Assembly: GCA_030704615.1 (NCBI GenBank)
Contig: CM060731.1
Coordinates: 16,244,001 to 16,308,000, forward strand
Direction: 5' to 3'
From: Takakia lepidozioides
Lineage: Eukaryota > Plantae > Bryophyta
DNA: 64,000 bases
In this document: positions 40,223-53,699 of the stretch, piece after piece
Numbering within the stretch: position 1 is the first letter of the stretch
Layout of the letters: each line of letters begins with the position of its first letter
The notes under the pieces: model-generated
What the model saw: only the letters and a program-made list of their open reading frames with translations
What the model was told of the DNA's origin: nothing
The model's database searches: none
Made by a program: the position numbers and the translations under genes

Positions 40223-42449
40223 CCACACTAGTGCAAGATGATTGTGGTTTCATGCGCGTCAATGCAGATAGGCTCAACCCTACTCATCGTCCCTCCAATG
40301 AGCTTTTTTCACGGCCTTCAGACATGGAGCAAGTTTTATTCTCCGATGACAAAACAAGAGGGGAGAATTGGAAGGTGGTTGTGCATGCTCAGCCAAGAGG
40401 AAGACGTATCTATCATGGTTTTGGATCTCCATGGGGTGAGGCAATTGCGATGGACGGAGAGACTGATCATAATGATGCTGATGATGGAGGTTGGGTAGAG
40501 GGGATAGAAGAGGATGATGATGCCCCGGACAATGCAACCTGGACCCTATATGATGAAGCTCTAAAAGATACGAATGTTTGAGAAGGAGACAAAGACACGA
40601 CCATTGACAATGAAGTGGAGGATGATTCGGAGGTGCCTTTTGAGGGCCGGGCCATTTATGACGATGACTCCGATGACCAAGAAGACTTGCAGCTTGATAA
40701 CAATTCTCGCACCGAACTCGACCCATCCCTTCGATCGGTTGTACATGTACATGCATATTGTACTTTATTTCTATGATTGATCAAATATGGCTGTGGCTGA
40801 TAGTCTTTCAAGAAAGAAGGCAGAGACAATGAATACGTTGGAGCAACACATACAGATGTGGTATCAAGAGAATTATCAAAATGAATGTCACAATCTATAA
40901 TAAGGTACACAACAACAAGCTAAACCATAAAGAAAAACAAACACCCTACCCCAGTACCATATGAAAAAAAAAAAAAAACTAAGAACCTCCAAAGGCCCTA
41001 AACCTAAACCTAGAAAGCCTTGTAGTCGCTGCCTGCGACCCCCCAGTTAGTTGCAGTTGAGGGAGATGAGCCAGGAAGACCTCCTGTATCTTAGTAAGAA
41101 CCAGCTCCATCTCCTTATGCTCTACCAATAGGCCGGTATACTGAAGTTGGAGTATGATCTCAAGCTCTCCAATGTACTCAAGTTTGCTCATAACAGGTCG
41201 TGTATCTCCCTTGCCCCACACGGAGTCTTGCCAATATGTGGCACACAAGGCAGAATCAAAGGTTGTTTTGCGCTTCATGTCAAGAGCACGAATGCGGAAA
41301 TGACGACCGTGAACGCAAACCGCCGTGTATGAGGCCGCGAATTGAGAGGGGCCCCTTACAATATCTTGCACCAAATCTGAAACCACCTCTCCTTGAGCAA
41401 CGGCGTCATAAACTGAAGTCCAAAGCCACTGTTGGAATGAACTTAGAGGCTGCAATTCCATGGGCAAATTTTGTGAAGGAACATTCCGGCGGCCCGCTCC
41501 TCGTCGTGGGCGTCTAGTAACCGGCCTTGGATGGTCCCGCCTCCATGCAAGCGTCTCCTCTTCTCGTTGTTGAACAAGATTATTGTATCTTGCCTCCCAC
41601 TCATGTATGGATGGGGTGTTCTTAAGTATGAAGTCATGCGCTTGCTCAATCACTAAGGTCGGCAATTTTACCCTCTTCGATTTTTTGGGCAAAACGATGT
41701 CTTTGGTTCGTGCATCCTCCTCTTCCTTCCACATCCGAGGGGCTTCCTCATCCACCCTTGCCATGTACTCCGTGCAATAGAACATAGCTTCTTGCCACGT
41801 ATACCACTCCGCCATGCTACCCTCTGGGTGCGTCATTTGTCTTACAAATCCTTTCAAAGTCTTCATATAACGCTCAAGGAAGTACATCCACCGAACAGGG
41901 CCGGCAATCGAAGCCTCTTCCACTAAGTGCACTACCAAATGCACTTAGATGTCAAAGAAGGAGGGAGGAAAGTGCATCTCCAACATACCACTACAACAGA
42001 TTGCGGCTTTTATGACTCCCATGGGTGCGCAGTCATGACAGATTTGTGGCAGAAATGCCATTTGCAGTCGTAAAATGCTTTTGAAGTCATAATGCAGGTC
42101 TGGAGAAGGCGTATATGCGACTGCATGGCTTCGGACTCTGCGCAACACAGGTCAAACATGTTTGACCACGAATATTGGCATGGCAGATATGACTACCAGT
42201 CACGGTCATGGCTACACTAGAATGACGTGTGCATATTGCAAGACAGACAAATGACTTCATGACTCTCACTCTAATGCATTATGCCAGATCATCACATGGA
42301 TGAATCACTACATGACTACACGTGTCGACACATGTTTTTCTGGTTATATATATAACATATGAGTATTTATATCTTAAAAAAACGGAGACTCTTACCACTA
42401 GAATGAATTAAAAAAACCCAAAAAAAACAAAGATTTAAAAAAAATCACA

Positions 42450-42655
42450 TCGGCTGGTAAGTGCACAGTGTGTTGCCCTTGTGGTTTGGGGTTCAAACCC
42501 GCTGCCCTTATCCCGTGTGTGGGATTGTTCGAGACGGTATGTCTTGACGTTGATCGTCATGTAGGTCTTATGGCCCATAAATGAAGGCGGGTGAATTTTC
42601 CCCCTCCTCAAGGGCTTGTGGGTCCTTTAAGAAAAGAAAAAAAAAAAAAAAAAAT
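42450..42655 (+). repeat. SINE-like insertion
   Basis: Pol III B-box-like GGTTCAAACCC at about 42490 and an A-rich tail at about 42630-42655. Confidence 0.4.
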
Positions 42656-42975
42656 CAAAAAGGGGCTTTTAGGGTTTACAAAAAGGTTAAAAAACTTAAA
42701 AAGTTGCCCATCATAGTAGCGTGAACAGACTTAGAGCGAGCGGGAGGGAGAGAGAGAGAGGGTTGGGACTTAGAGCGAGCGAGCGGGAGAGAGGGCAAAC
42801 ATGCATGGGAGGCCCGCAGTTGGATCAACCTTCGCATCTGGAGCAAGCAACCCTAGAAACGCTAGGGTATGTGTGCGAGGAGGTTTCGGCTAGGAGCCCG
42901 CCGTTCTTGGGAGAGTCAGCTTCATCTTAGCAGGCCGTGTTTCAATCTCTACCCGCTCGGCCCTGATTTTACAGC

Positions 42976-45650
42976 ACGGAGCAGAGCTGGCATGAGTTTC
43001 TAAAAGATCCTTCACGATGGTGGGACAACCGCAATCGCAAGGTGTGGCTTTTTCTTAATGTACGATGTGAAGAAGTTTGTCCATCCTGCAAATGTGGGTT
43101 GGCTCTCCTGTTAGTACCATGATTTGGTATTCTTCCTGATGTTTACAAGGTTCTTGGGAGAGTTAGCTTGGTCTTAGTAGGCCGTGTTTCAATCTCTGCC
43201 CACTCAGCTGCACCGTGGTGGTTCTCACTGACCAATCCGACATTACCTAACTACAGACACAAGCAGCACACACTAGAGGTCATCTTGGGTTCATGTTCAG
43301 TCAAAATCCTCCATGGGTCATGACACAAGGTCGAGGACAATGTGGTGAGGGCACCTTCTTCTTCGACCTATTTCAGCCTATTTTGCCCTCTCATCAGACT
43401 CGGCCCTGAATTTGAATCATGGAGCAGAGCTGGCATGAGTTTTTTTTAAGATCCTTCACGAGGGTGCGACCGCAATCGCAATGTGTGGTTTTTTTTTAAT
43501 GTACGATGTGCAGAATTTTGTCCATCCTGCAAATGTGGGTTGTTGGCTCCTGTTAGTACCATGATTTGATATTCTTCCTGATGTTTACAAGGTTCTTGGG
43601 AGAGTCAGCTTGGTCTTAGCAGACCGTGTTTCAAAGTCTGCCTGCTCAGCTGCACCGTGGTGCAGGTTCTCATTGACCAATCCGACATTACCTGACTACA
43701 GACACAAGCATCACACACAAGGTCAAATCCTCCATGGGTCATGACACAAGGTCAAGGACAGTGTGGTGAGGGCACCTTCTTCTTCGACCTATTTCAGCAT
43801 GTTTTGCCCTCCCATCAGACGCCCTGAGATGCATATTGAATTTTGTAAGTTAGCTCATTGCTCGTTGATAAGTAGGGTTGGGGGTGTTTGCTGGAACAAT
43901 TCTAGACTGTCATTGTCAGCTGCTAGCAGGAAGGCAAGGATGTATGCATAGATAGCTGAAGGATTTTGTGCAGAGGCATAGATAGCTGAAGGAGCAGGGA
44001 TAGAGTGTGGGCCCAAATTCGACCAAGAGGGCCGGATTTCAAGCTCCATTATTTCAGTGTCATCCATTCAGCCAGGGATTTCCTGGTGACATTGCCAAGG
44101 CTTTACTCGCAACACGATGCTTGTAAAGCTTCCTTAGCTTGAATGTTGATTATGCTTGAATTATTAGGTTTGTAAAGCCAGTTTTGAAATTTTCATGGTA
44201 ATCAGCTCTCTTGAAAATCTGTAGGTTGCAAGCCATTTACAGCGGGCCGTGGGTGGACTGGAAGACAGCCATTGAAAGTCCTGGTGCAAGTTAATACTAG
44301 TGGAGAGCAGAATAAGCTTCATATGCCCTTTTGGTGCTAGTTATCTTCATGTATGGTACTGTTGAACACCAACAATCTTTTGGTGAGATTCTGTCTTGGT
44401 GCACATGTCTGATAAAAAAAGACGGTAATGTTTGTTCTGAAACCTGAAGGCGTGAAATGATTCAACACAACAAGAGCATTACGCGTGTCACAGTACAAGC
44501 TGTAAGAAAGCAAGAGATACATAGTTATACAGTCAAACAGACAACTATCAGTTTCTGTGGAATCTCTTGCCAATGGCAGGATGGGTTGGGAATAGCCAAG
44601 TCAGGAGGTGAATGCCTGTCAAATTACCACATGTCCTTTTGAACACTGCCCCTGCCCTGGTGGACATGTACGCCAATTGTGGGTGCATTGAGGATGCAAA
44701 GGGAGTGTTCAACACTGTGGCTGAACGAGATGTGGTGTCGTGGAGTGCGATGCTTGCTGGGTATGCACAGCTGGGGTGCGGGATGGAGGCTCCAACCTTT
44801 GAGAAAATGATGGGGGAAGGGGTGAAGGCCGCCGACATAACGTTTGTGTGCGTTTGCAGTGCGTCTGCAGCCCTGGAAAAGGGCAAAGAGATCCCTGGTG
44901 ACATCATCAAATCTGCAATTGTACCAGATGTCATCCTGAACATGGCTCTGGTGGCCATGTATGCTAAATGTGGGAGCATTGAGGATGCCAAGGGAGTGTT
45001 CAACACTATGGCTGAACTAGATGTGGTGTCGTGGAATGCGATGCTTGTGCAGAGCAGGAGCGCGGGATGGGGCTTTGGACACCTGAAAGCAAATGATGGA
45101 GAAAAGGATGAAGGTACCTTCTTCAACATATTTCACCCTGTTTTCCCTGCTAGTGTTTGCTTTGACAATTCTAGGCTGTCATTGTCAGCTGCTAGCAGCA
45201 AGGCGAGGATGTATGCATGATTTGTGCAGAGGCATGGATAGCTGAAGGAGCAGGGATTTCGTGTGGGTCCAGATTCATCCAAGAAGGCCAGATTTCAAGC
45301 ACAAGATTACCTGTGATTCCCTGTGGATCAATAGCTACAAGAAACCTGCATGGGTAGATGGTCAACTGGGAGCAGCGGCACAAGTGATAAAATCAGGCAC
45401 TGCTAATGAAGGCATCTTCTTCAACACATTTCACCCTGTTTTTCCCTCTTATCAGAATCGGCCCTAAATTTACATGTTTAATTCTGCAAGTTAGCTGGTT
45501 GAGTGAATCTAGTTTGGAGTGACTTTGACATGATACTGCCAATGTGACAACAGGAAAGTGTCAAAAATAGGTAACAAAGATGAGGAGAAGTTGTGGAATG
45601 AATACTTATCTGAGCCCAGTCACTGATGGGTCAACCGGGGCAGAAAGGTG
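42976..45650 (+). pseudogene. Captured fragments of an OSB-type PDF-motif gene plus PLS-PPR repeats
   Basis: SWHEFLKDPSRWWDNRNRK|GT (42976-43041, degenerate copy near 43420-43480), AG|IHPRRPDFKHKITCDSLWI (45273-45330), KLWNEYLSEPSH*WVNRGRK|GT (about 45580-45647). PPR repeats at about 44650-45050. Confidence 0.7.
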
Positions 45651-47609
45651 AATGCCTGCTACATTTCAGAGAGTAGCAGACTCAATTCAGCATAGGAACT
45701 AGTGTGCTACGCTGAGTTGGGTGTTTCCTAGAACAAATGTAGGCTGTCATTGTCAGCTGCTAGCAGCAAGGCAATGATGAATGCTTGATTTGTGCAGAGG
45801 CATGGATAGCTGAAGGAATAGAGATAGAGTGTGGGTGACGCAGGGTGCTGGGCAATGGGCAAGATGTCTTTGTATAAACGTGAGTGACCTTCCTATCATC
45901 CTGGGTTTTATTTTTAGTGCATGTTTCTTTGTGAAGTATCTGACGACTTCGCCAATACACACCAACCTTTTTGCTTTGGTTTGTTTAGGACATGGGATAG
46001 AAGTTACCATAAACAACACTGGCATTGGTTTTTCATATATGGTATTAGATAATTCTCTTAATTGTTTCCGCCTTGGCAGGTTGCTCAGTGACCTTCCCTG
46101 GACGCTTTGGAGTATAGCGAGTGAGTGTCTCACAATGCAATATTGGTTGGTGCATCTTATGCAAGAACTTGGAAAACAAACAAATGTCCTTGCTGTAGTA
46201 ATTCTTAAAGCCATGCAAGCCGTTTTTGATGGGTGGCAGATTGATGGAATACATGAGTAGTTAGAAGATTCTGGGTGAACACTTTTCAAAGTGTTATAGT
46301 TAGACAAAATAATTCACATGAGAACATGCGACTATTTAATGTATTTTTAGATCGCAACAAAAATGATAATGATAAATAGATTGGTAAATAGAGATGGTAT
46401 GCAATCTCTTGGTTTTGCTCAGCTTGTTGCAGTTATGTCTTGCTGCCTTGTTCTCTTTGTATTATATATTATATTTCCTTGTTGTAATAGACATGTACAT
46501 GACTGCTATCATAGTCATAATAATGACTACATCTATTTTCACTCTCCAATAGTACTACACCACGTGGCAGAAATACAAATATGTAAAAAAATAGCAATAC
46601 ACCCCAAAAAAACACCCATCATGACACATGTCAATCTGCTGATGGACCACGTGTAAAAACTGCAACGCGCCACGTGTTGCAACCGGATTAGCACACCCGT
46701 AGTCATAGTTCGCAGTCATGGAGAGCTAAACATTCTGCCACGTGTCATTTCCTGCATCGAGCACGTGTCACCCTTGCACAGCCGCTGACATGGACTACAC
46801 TGCCCGTTCAGTCATTCAGTAAAGCCAGCGTGTATGACTACCCCCACAGCTGCTCTGGCGCCACGTGACAGCCAGCCTGGAGAGTCATATCTGCCATGTC
46901 ACAACTGACTAGGTTTTTACGTCTGCAGAGACAGGAAGTCGTAAATGGCTTCCATGACTGCATTTGCAGTCATAACACAGAGACGTAAAAGCCGCAATTT
47001 GTTGTAGTGTACACATTACCTTCGCCGCCTCCTTCTTCATGCGTGGAGAATCTGCTTCTTCTAACTCTTTGGAGCAAATCCACCGGAATAAGCCTCCCAA
47101 TCTATAGATTGTCTCACGAACCTCGGGAGTCAATGTCCCATGTACTGCAATGGGCAAGATGTCTTGCAATAGATTGTGGTATTCATGAGACTTCAAACCA
47201 TGGACCCCGTCTTCTTCGCTGAACTTCGTACGGAGGGATGACCCATAACCAGTTGGTGTTCGGACAACACTTATGGTGGCTATCACTTTCTTGTATTCCT
47301 CCTTTGTCCATTGCCAAGGTGCGCGCCTATAATTGCACCGTACAACACCCTTTGGGTCCACACCATTTTGTTCGGCCCATAGATAGCGCATGCGACCCTG
47401 CTCCTCAAGCTCCTTTCTAACACCGAGAGGATCTCTTTTTACAGCCGCTCCCTTCTTTGCTGGCGTGCCATGAAGAACCCGAAAAAATGACGAGCAGACA
47501 TTCTTCTCAATATGCATTGGAGCCATCTCAGGCCAATGTCCTCTCCCCAAGAGTCACAATGTGCAGCTACTGCAGAAGGAAGAAGCTTGGATAAGATTGC
47601 CACTGTTTT

Positions 47610-49388
47610 TTACCAGTTCACCTTAAGACCAAAGGCAGTGCAGAAGGAATCAAGCGCATCCAGAGCAGAGGCAACATTGGAGGAGGAGGAATTGTCAATG
47701 AGTAACGTCGTATCATCAACATAGAGAGAAGATTTGATAGAGGAGGGAGGTGGAAGAGAGCAGAGGATTTTAAGCCCTTGAAAAGTTGGGTTGCTGTCAA
47801 GGAGATGACTTAAAGCGTCAGCAGCAAACAAGAAAAGGAAAAGAGAGAGCGGACAACCTTGACGAACTGATCTAAAGAGCGGGAAGGAGGTAGAGAGGGC
47901 ACCGTTAAGAACCACCTTACTCGAGGCAGAGGAGAGAAGAATAGGAACCCAAGATAGGAAGTTCCCCTCGATACCGGAGTTGCGCAGAGCACCAAACAAA
48001 AAAGGCCAGTCAACATTGTCAAAAGCCTTTTCAAAATCCAACATAAGCAAAGCCAAGGGGCTGGTTGGACTCCTGTGCAGAGAAGAGAGCCTCGTTTGCC
48101 AGTAACACATATTTGTCCAAAATCATTCGGTTCTTCATAAAGCCAAACTGCTCTAGGCAAATTAATTTGTGAAGAAGAGGCTGCAGACGTAAGGCCAGCG
48201 CTTTTGCTATAATCTTATAGGAGGAATTCAAAAGCGTGATCGGCCGGTAATTGGTGATGCAATCTCTGTCACCTTTTTTAAAAATCAAGGTGATGACTCC
48301 TTGAGATATTTGAGAATGCATTATCCCTTTCTCAAGGATATCATTTGTCATATTGAGAAGGTCATCCCCCACAGTCCCCCATAATACTTTGAAGAACTCA
48401 ACCGGTAATCCGTCTAAGCCCGACGATTTATTGGAGCTAAGAGCTTCAATAGCCAATAAGAGCTCCATGTTCGTGAAGGGGGCATTTAGACTCAAAAGAT
48501 CATCCGGAGACAGAACTTTCGGGACACATGCCAGGACTTTACTCTTATGCAACCTAATATCTGGGGAATCTACTCTCTTCCCAAAAAGGCAGATAGATGT
48601 AGCAGCCTGCCTCTGTTTGACTTTCTGAAAAAAGTAAGCCGTCATTTTTTCCCCCTTCAATGACCAATTTACCCCGGCTTTCCTTTTAAGGTTGAGCTCC
48701 TTCTGGCTACGCAGCTCAGCAAGGTTCATTTTTGCGGTATTGAAGGACTCAAAAGTGACAGGACCCACTTCACCATTCTCAATTAACCATTGGCAATGCG
48801 AGATGCATTTGATGAGAGCTCTTTCCCTCTCAGCTCTACTTAAAGCAAGGGCCTTTGAGAGGGATTGAGCCGCTTTCCTAGCAGCATAAATCTTTTCAAG
48901 AAACTTGACCGTAGGAGAAGAGGCGGAGACCCCTGCTTCTTTCCACACTGAGGCAAGGTTCAAAACCATGGCGGGGATAGAGAGCAGAGAGGGGTTTAAC
49001 TTAAAAAAAACTACGACCCTTAGCATGAAGCCCAAGAGGCCTGAATTCAGCTGAGATTAGCGCGTGATCAAAATCAGGGAGGATGGGAGGAAGAGGTACA
49101 GGCTTGGCCCATGCTGCAGAGATGGGAGAATAGAAAATCCTATCGAGCCTAGCCATGCAAAGATCAGAAGCATCACGGTTATTGGTCCAAGTATATCTGA
49201 GAGCCCTCTGCTCTAAAACAAAAATATCAGATAGACCAACTAAAAAACATAGCCTGTCCCAAGCAGCAAGCTCATCACCAGAGATAGAATGAGAAGATGA
49301 CACACGACGGTCACTAGAAGACTCTACCATATTAAAATCCCCAGTAAGAAGTGGATACTAGCGGACATTGAAGGATCTTAGAGTGGAG
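47610..49388 (-). mobile_element. LINE ORF2 (APE endonuclease C-terminal half plus reverse transcriptase), disrupted
   Basis: LTGDFNMVE, YTWTN...ARLDRI, KSSGLDGLPVEFFK, NYRPITLLNSSYKIIAK, LDFEKAFDNVDW, VRQGCPLS, YVDDTT, GLKVNW. Confidence 0.92.
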
Positions 49389-50130
49389 CAGTGTAGGTAA
49401 TGCTGCTCGTGGTTGACCCACCTTGTTGACCACTGCCAAAGGCAAACGGTCATCGTGTCTCACACGCTGAGACTGCCTCCTTGTGTCCAGAATGCTATCC
49501 ACTGTGAGATGTGCTGGCCGCTACACCCCATCAAATGCACGCTTGAGCAGTGCGGGTGGCATCAAGTTAGTCCACCATAGCCGTGGACGATGAGCCCGTG
49601 ACCCTACTGTAGCTGCATCTAAGAACACTGCTGACCCAAGCCACGACCGGACTTGATGCACACTGGCCATCATCTTGGCCCGAGAATCGCCCATCAGTGA
49701 CACATTCTCCAAGATGTATGCTAGAGATACAGCTTGATGAAGCTGCAAGTGGCGCAAAACCCGCACCATCTCCCAAAACAGACCCGACCTCGAGTCTCGC
49801 AATCCATTGCCATGCCCGGCTGATGAATGCCCTTGGCAGGGCCAACCTGCCACTACCAAATCAATGGAGCCAACCCACTCCAAATCTTGCGCCCCCAGCA
49901 ACGAAATGTCTGCTGGCAAGGCCTGCTGATATTCACGAACTGCAGCCACCAGCAAAAACTCAGGGTACCGCTGCACCAACTGAGCAACATGACGAAGTGA
50001 AACGCGTTGTGCAGTCTCATCCCTCTCCACATACAGGTAACGCCGAACTCGTACACCTGCCTGTAACACAGCAGTCAATCTGGTGCTAATCCCGCCAAAC
50101 AAGTCCATAAGACAAATGCCTTCATCCGGA
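49386..50130 (-). pseudogene. C5 cytosine methyltransferase domain (DNMT3-like), N-terminal part, motifs I-VIII
   Basis: LMDLFGGI (I), YVERD (II), VAGWPCQG (IV, catalytic Cys), YILENV (VI), RAHRPRLWWTN (VIII). One in-frame TAG at 49521, after which the frame continues to RAALPTLL. Confidence 0.92.
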
Positions 50131-50516
50131 TACTGCCACATAATAGGTGTGGTGTCCAATGGAGACAATTGAGGTGGTCCTGGTGCAATCCCCACACTCT
50201 CCTCCTCTCCTGATGGTACAAAAGCCTCCACCCAGGCTTGTTGTACCCGTCGATCAGCAACCCGCTGCAAATCCTTGCTCGTGCCCCACAATGGAGTCTA
50301 AGCAACCATGGCAGGCAACTCCGCCATATCATACATATCATCCTGTTCTCCTGGATGTATGTCATCCTCTGAATGAGCGTTTCCCTCAAGCAACTCTCCA
50401 GGCCAAGTCACTGCAGCTGTGAATGCTGCTAGTGTCGGCATCTTGCCTCGCTGGGCAACCGCAACTCCTCCTATAAACGTCACAGGGAGCTACACATGCC
50501 GGCCCTCCCTTGACTG

Positions 50517-50909
50517 TCATCCAGGCCTATAGGAAGCCGACTCCTCCCAAAAATCCAGGGTGAAGCCTATGGGGTACAACATTGCCCCACCAACCAGGAC
50601 ATCGTACGAGACCGCATCTGTCATAATGGCCTTGGCTCGCATCACTGAACCATCTGTAGGGTGATCCGGCCGTAGTCTGATAGCCAACTCACGCCGTGTC
50701 ATGCCCCGAGCCTGCTCCGATCCTCCCAGAGACGTGTGTATCTGGAAAGAACAAGGCTCCATATCCGCCTCCGTGAGGCCTAAGCCTGCAATAGCAGCTC
50801 TGCCCAGCATCAATGGCTGAGCTCCTGAGTCCAACAAGACCCGCAGTGGCCAGTACCTCTTGCCTGCCGGTCCACTCAAACAAAAAATGTCATCCTGGTT
50901 GTCTAACAT
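50517..50909 (-). pseudogene. Retropepsin aspartic protease domain
   Basis: VLLDSGAQP and YDVLVG, lying between gag and the MTase. Confidence 0.8.
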
Positions 50910-51247
50910 GACAACTCAAGGTGTCACCATGGCGCGCTCAATGGCTGGCCTAGCTGACAGCTCCATCAACCTGGCAGCTGCAACTTGTCATGGCGCTGTC
51001 GTGGCAGTCTTTGACCCTCAAATCCCGAGGATCCCTCCGGCACTACACCTCCCACTATCTCCGCAGAAGATGAAGTAACCTCCCCACTCTCACAGAGTGT
51101 AGCTGCCAGCCTGAACACCTCAGCTGATCTTACCCCCGGCGTCGCAATCATGGTAGCCGAGAACAATGGAGCCTAACACACAGATATGGCCGCTCCCAGC
51201 AGCACACTAGCTGCCGTAGCCTTGGCAACACTAGGTAGTGGTGCTAC

Positions 51248-53032
51248 CTATGTAGCTCTCCCCAATGGTGTAGTAACCTCCGCCTCGGTAACAGTCAGGC
51301 GAGAACTAGGTGCCATGGATGGCGTCGACATTGTCTCCGCCAATGTGAATGACTGAGGGAGCCTAGCCTGACGGCTTGCCTCCTCACGCTGTGGATCCAA
51401 CTCCACCTCTGCACCTCGTGGCTCACAAACTCGTGTTGCTCCTCGAGTCACGGCTGCAGCAGACTCCACCTGCACTAGTGGTAGTGTTGCTCCGCACATG
51501 AATCCCATGTCTCCCATATCTCCTCCCTCAGGAACAGGAGGTGGACCATCTGGCCTTGGAGCCGGTACCACCTGAGCTGTAGCCATGGCAGCGAGCCTCT
51601 GCTCTAGCTGCTGAAGCCGGTTGGCCATGCCTTGGTCAACACCCTGACCTCCGCGTCCTTGGCCATGTTGAGCTTGCCCTTGGCCTACACCCCGTGCCTG
51701 GCCACCTCGTACTCTTTGGGCTGCTCCCCTTTGCCCCCGGCCACCATTGTTCCCTTAAAATTGGCCTGGGCGCAACTCGGGATGCAAACCATAACACTGG
51801 GCCTCTCCATGCCCGTGCTTGCCACAATGCCCACAGTGCAACTGTGCAGGCTGTGCATGTGCCGGCCCTTTGCCTCCCTCTGGACAATCCTTCTTGACGT
51901 GGGGTCCTCCACATGTCCAATACACCACATCCGCCCATTGTTGGCCTGCAAATGAAGGGAGAGACCTCTGCATCTGAGGTCCTCTCTGCCCTTCTCTGAG
52001 CTTCACCTGAGCCCCCTTGTTGCCTTGAGCATGTTGAGGTAGTGGTTGGCTAGGAGCACCACTACCCAGTGGTGTCTCCTTAGAAAATCCCACCATGACC
52101 ACTCGTTCCTCCACCATGTTGAGCTCTATCCGCTCTGCCAGCAAAAACACATTTGCTAAGGTTGGTTGGGCCGCTTGTAGGAGAGTTGCATCCCGCACCC
52201 TTCCTCAGCTCCTTGTCCAATATCCCATACCAGAATTGGACTGCCTGAGCTTCCGTGACCCCTTGGGTTACATTTATCAAGCGCCTCATGTGAGAGAAAG
52301 CCTCCCTCAAGCTCTCAGTAGGCTTCCGTTGGAACTTTTGCAAGCTCCGCAACTTCTCTGTCCTCACCCCTTGGTAGTTCCTCTCAACTCTTCGAAGAAC
52401 TCCACAACAGGGTTGAAGGCAGGCACGGGTACTGGTGCTGGTGCGGTAGTGGCTTGGGTGGACGTCGTAGCTACGGTACCACCAGTCCTACTAGTCCCAC
52501 TGTTACTTGCTGAAGCTGCCGGTGCAGCGGCAGGTGTAGCCACTGCCCTCGTGACTCTGGTGCCCCTAATGATGGAGACATAGTCGGGTGACCAGTACAT
52601 CCTCCACTCCTCAATCTCAACCTCATGCCCCCGCCTGAACTCATGGTAATCATCCATAGGCGGCCCCTCAAGGTGCTGAAACAGCCCCTTCCATGCCATG
52701 AAAGGCGTAAATAGTTGTGGATTGCGCATTTGCTGCAAATCACACCAACTATCAAACTTTTGGATAAAATCATCCAACTCGATGGTGCCCACCGCCCCAG
52801 AGTACCTTCGTGGCCCCTTGGTAGCTCCATACATCTCCTCCATTGTGTCCCACAACAATGGCAAAGAAACAACTTGCACCGCCGGTATGAGTCCTCTTGA
52901 TTCACAATCCGAATCAGGATCTTCCGTAGAAGACACGGGAGGTGAAAGTGGCCTAAACCGCACACCTCGTCTCGTGTACCCACTAGTATCGCTAGTGCTC
53001 GAACTGGCACTGTCCTCCGTGTTGACACTCAA
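51248..53032 (-). pseudogene. Gag (capsid-like region plus two zinc knuckles), frameshifted
   Basis: FQRKPTESLREAFSHMRRL...QFWYGIL (retrotransposon gag-like). Knuckles (C/Y)WTCGGPHVKKDC and CGHCGKHGHGEAQC. Confidence 0.75.
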
Positions 53033-53699
53033 CCGGTCATGAACATGTCCCTAACCCCCTCTCCATAAGGTAACCGGGTAGAGAACCTGTTGCGGCTTAT
53101 GGTTTGGAATACTAAGTTCCTAACATAGCCTACACCTGTACCTGCATCCACCGCAAGCACTCCTATGGTTGGCTGGTCATCACCTCCAACCTCACCACAG
53201 GAGAAACAATGATGGTCTGACTGGTCATCACCCCAGCCTCACCATCGACAGCATGCTCTAGGACTGGCCGGTGATCAAATCCAGACCAATCACCTATAAA
53301 AAACAAGCGCCCACACAAAACTAGCATGGCGCACAGTCAAGCATGCAGGTATGGAGGGGATCCAAACACAAGAAATCAGAACGACAACTCCCCCACACCA
53401 AAAACAATTCCACGGTGTTGCTCCTGCAAGGACACCCCAGCCCAAACCCGGACTGACTCTTGCCTCCACCTACGGAAAGGTCTTGGCCTAATGAGAGGGT
53501 GGAAACTACAAGGAATAGCTAAAGCAATGCCTAACCCTAGCATGCCCTCATCCCAACACTCTTCCTCTCCTCTCTTCCCTCACTTGCATGACCATGGGAA
53601 TATCATGAAGATACTCCTCAAACCGCCCTCCACGAGCTTCAAAATTCGGCCTTCAAGACCACATGCTAGTCCTTAGGCAGTCCACCAGTGCCTCCACAA

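Larger units (their letters stand above)
41989..47009. mobile_element. Non-autonomous CACTA element with captured gene fragments (Pack-CACTA)
   Basis: TIRs CACTACAACAGATTGCGGCTTTTATGACTC and CACTACAACAAATTGCGGCTTTTACGTCTC. 3-bp TSD TAC at 41986-41988 and 47010-47012. ATGACT/AGTCAT subterminal repeats at both ends. Confidence 0.93.
40225..47550 (-). mobile_element. Degenerate CACTA/EnSpm transposase (Tnp2, DUF4218/DUF4216-like) in three pieces: 47550-47010 (-), 41988-41134 (-), about 40225-40800 (+, inverted)
   Basis: MHIEKNV, HGLKSHEYH, FPPSFFDI*VHLVVHL, GPVRWMYFLERYMKTLKGFV..PEGSMAE, QVLFSDD...WKVV. Confidence 0.85.

Noticed and set aside
39457-41944. Novel 374-aa and 321-aa genes
   Set aside because: They are LINE/CACTA chimeras produced by the local inversion.
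42450-42530. tRNA gene
   Set aside because: Only a B-box-like motif is present. I could not fold a cloverleaf, and it is followed by an A-tail.
49521-50291. Host DNMT gene or bacterial restriction-modification contamination
   Set aside because: It is intronless, lies between retropepsin and RT within element termini, and has no REase partner or prokaryotic neighbours.
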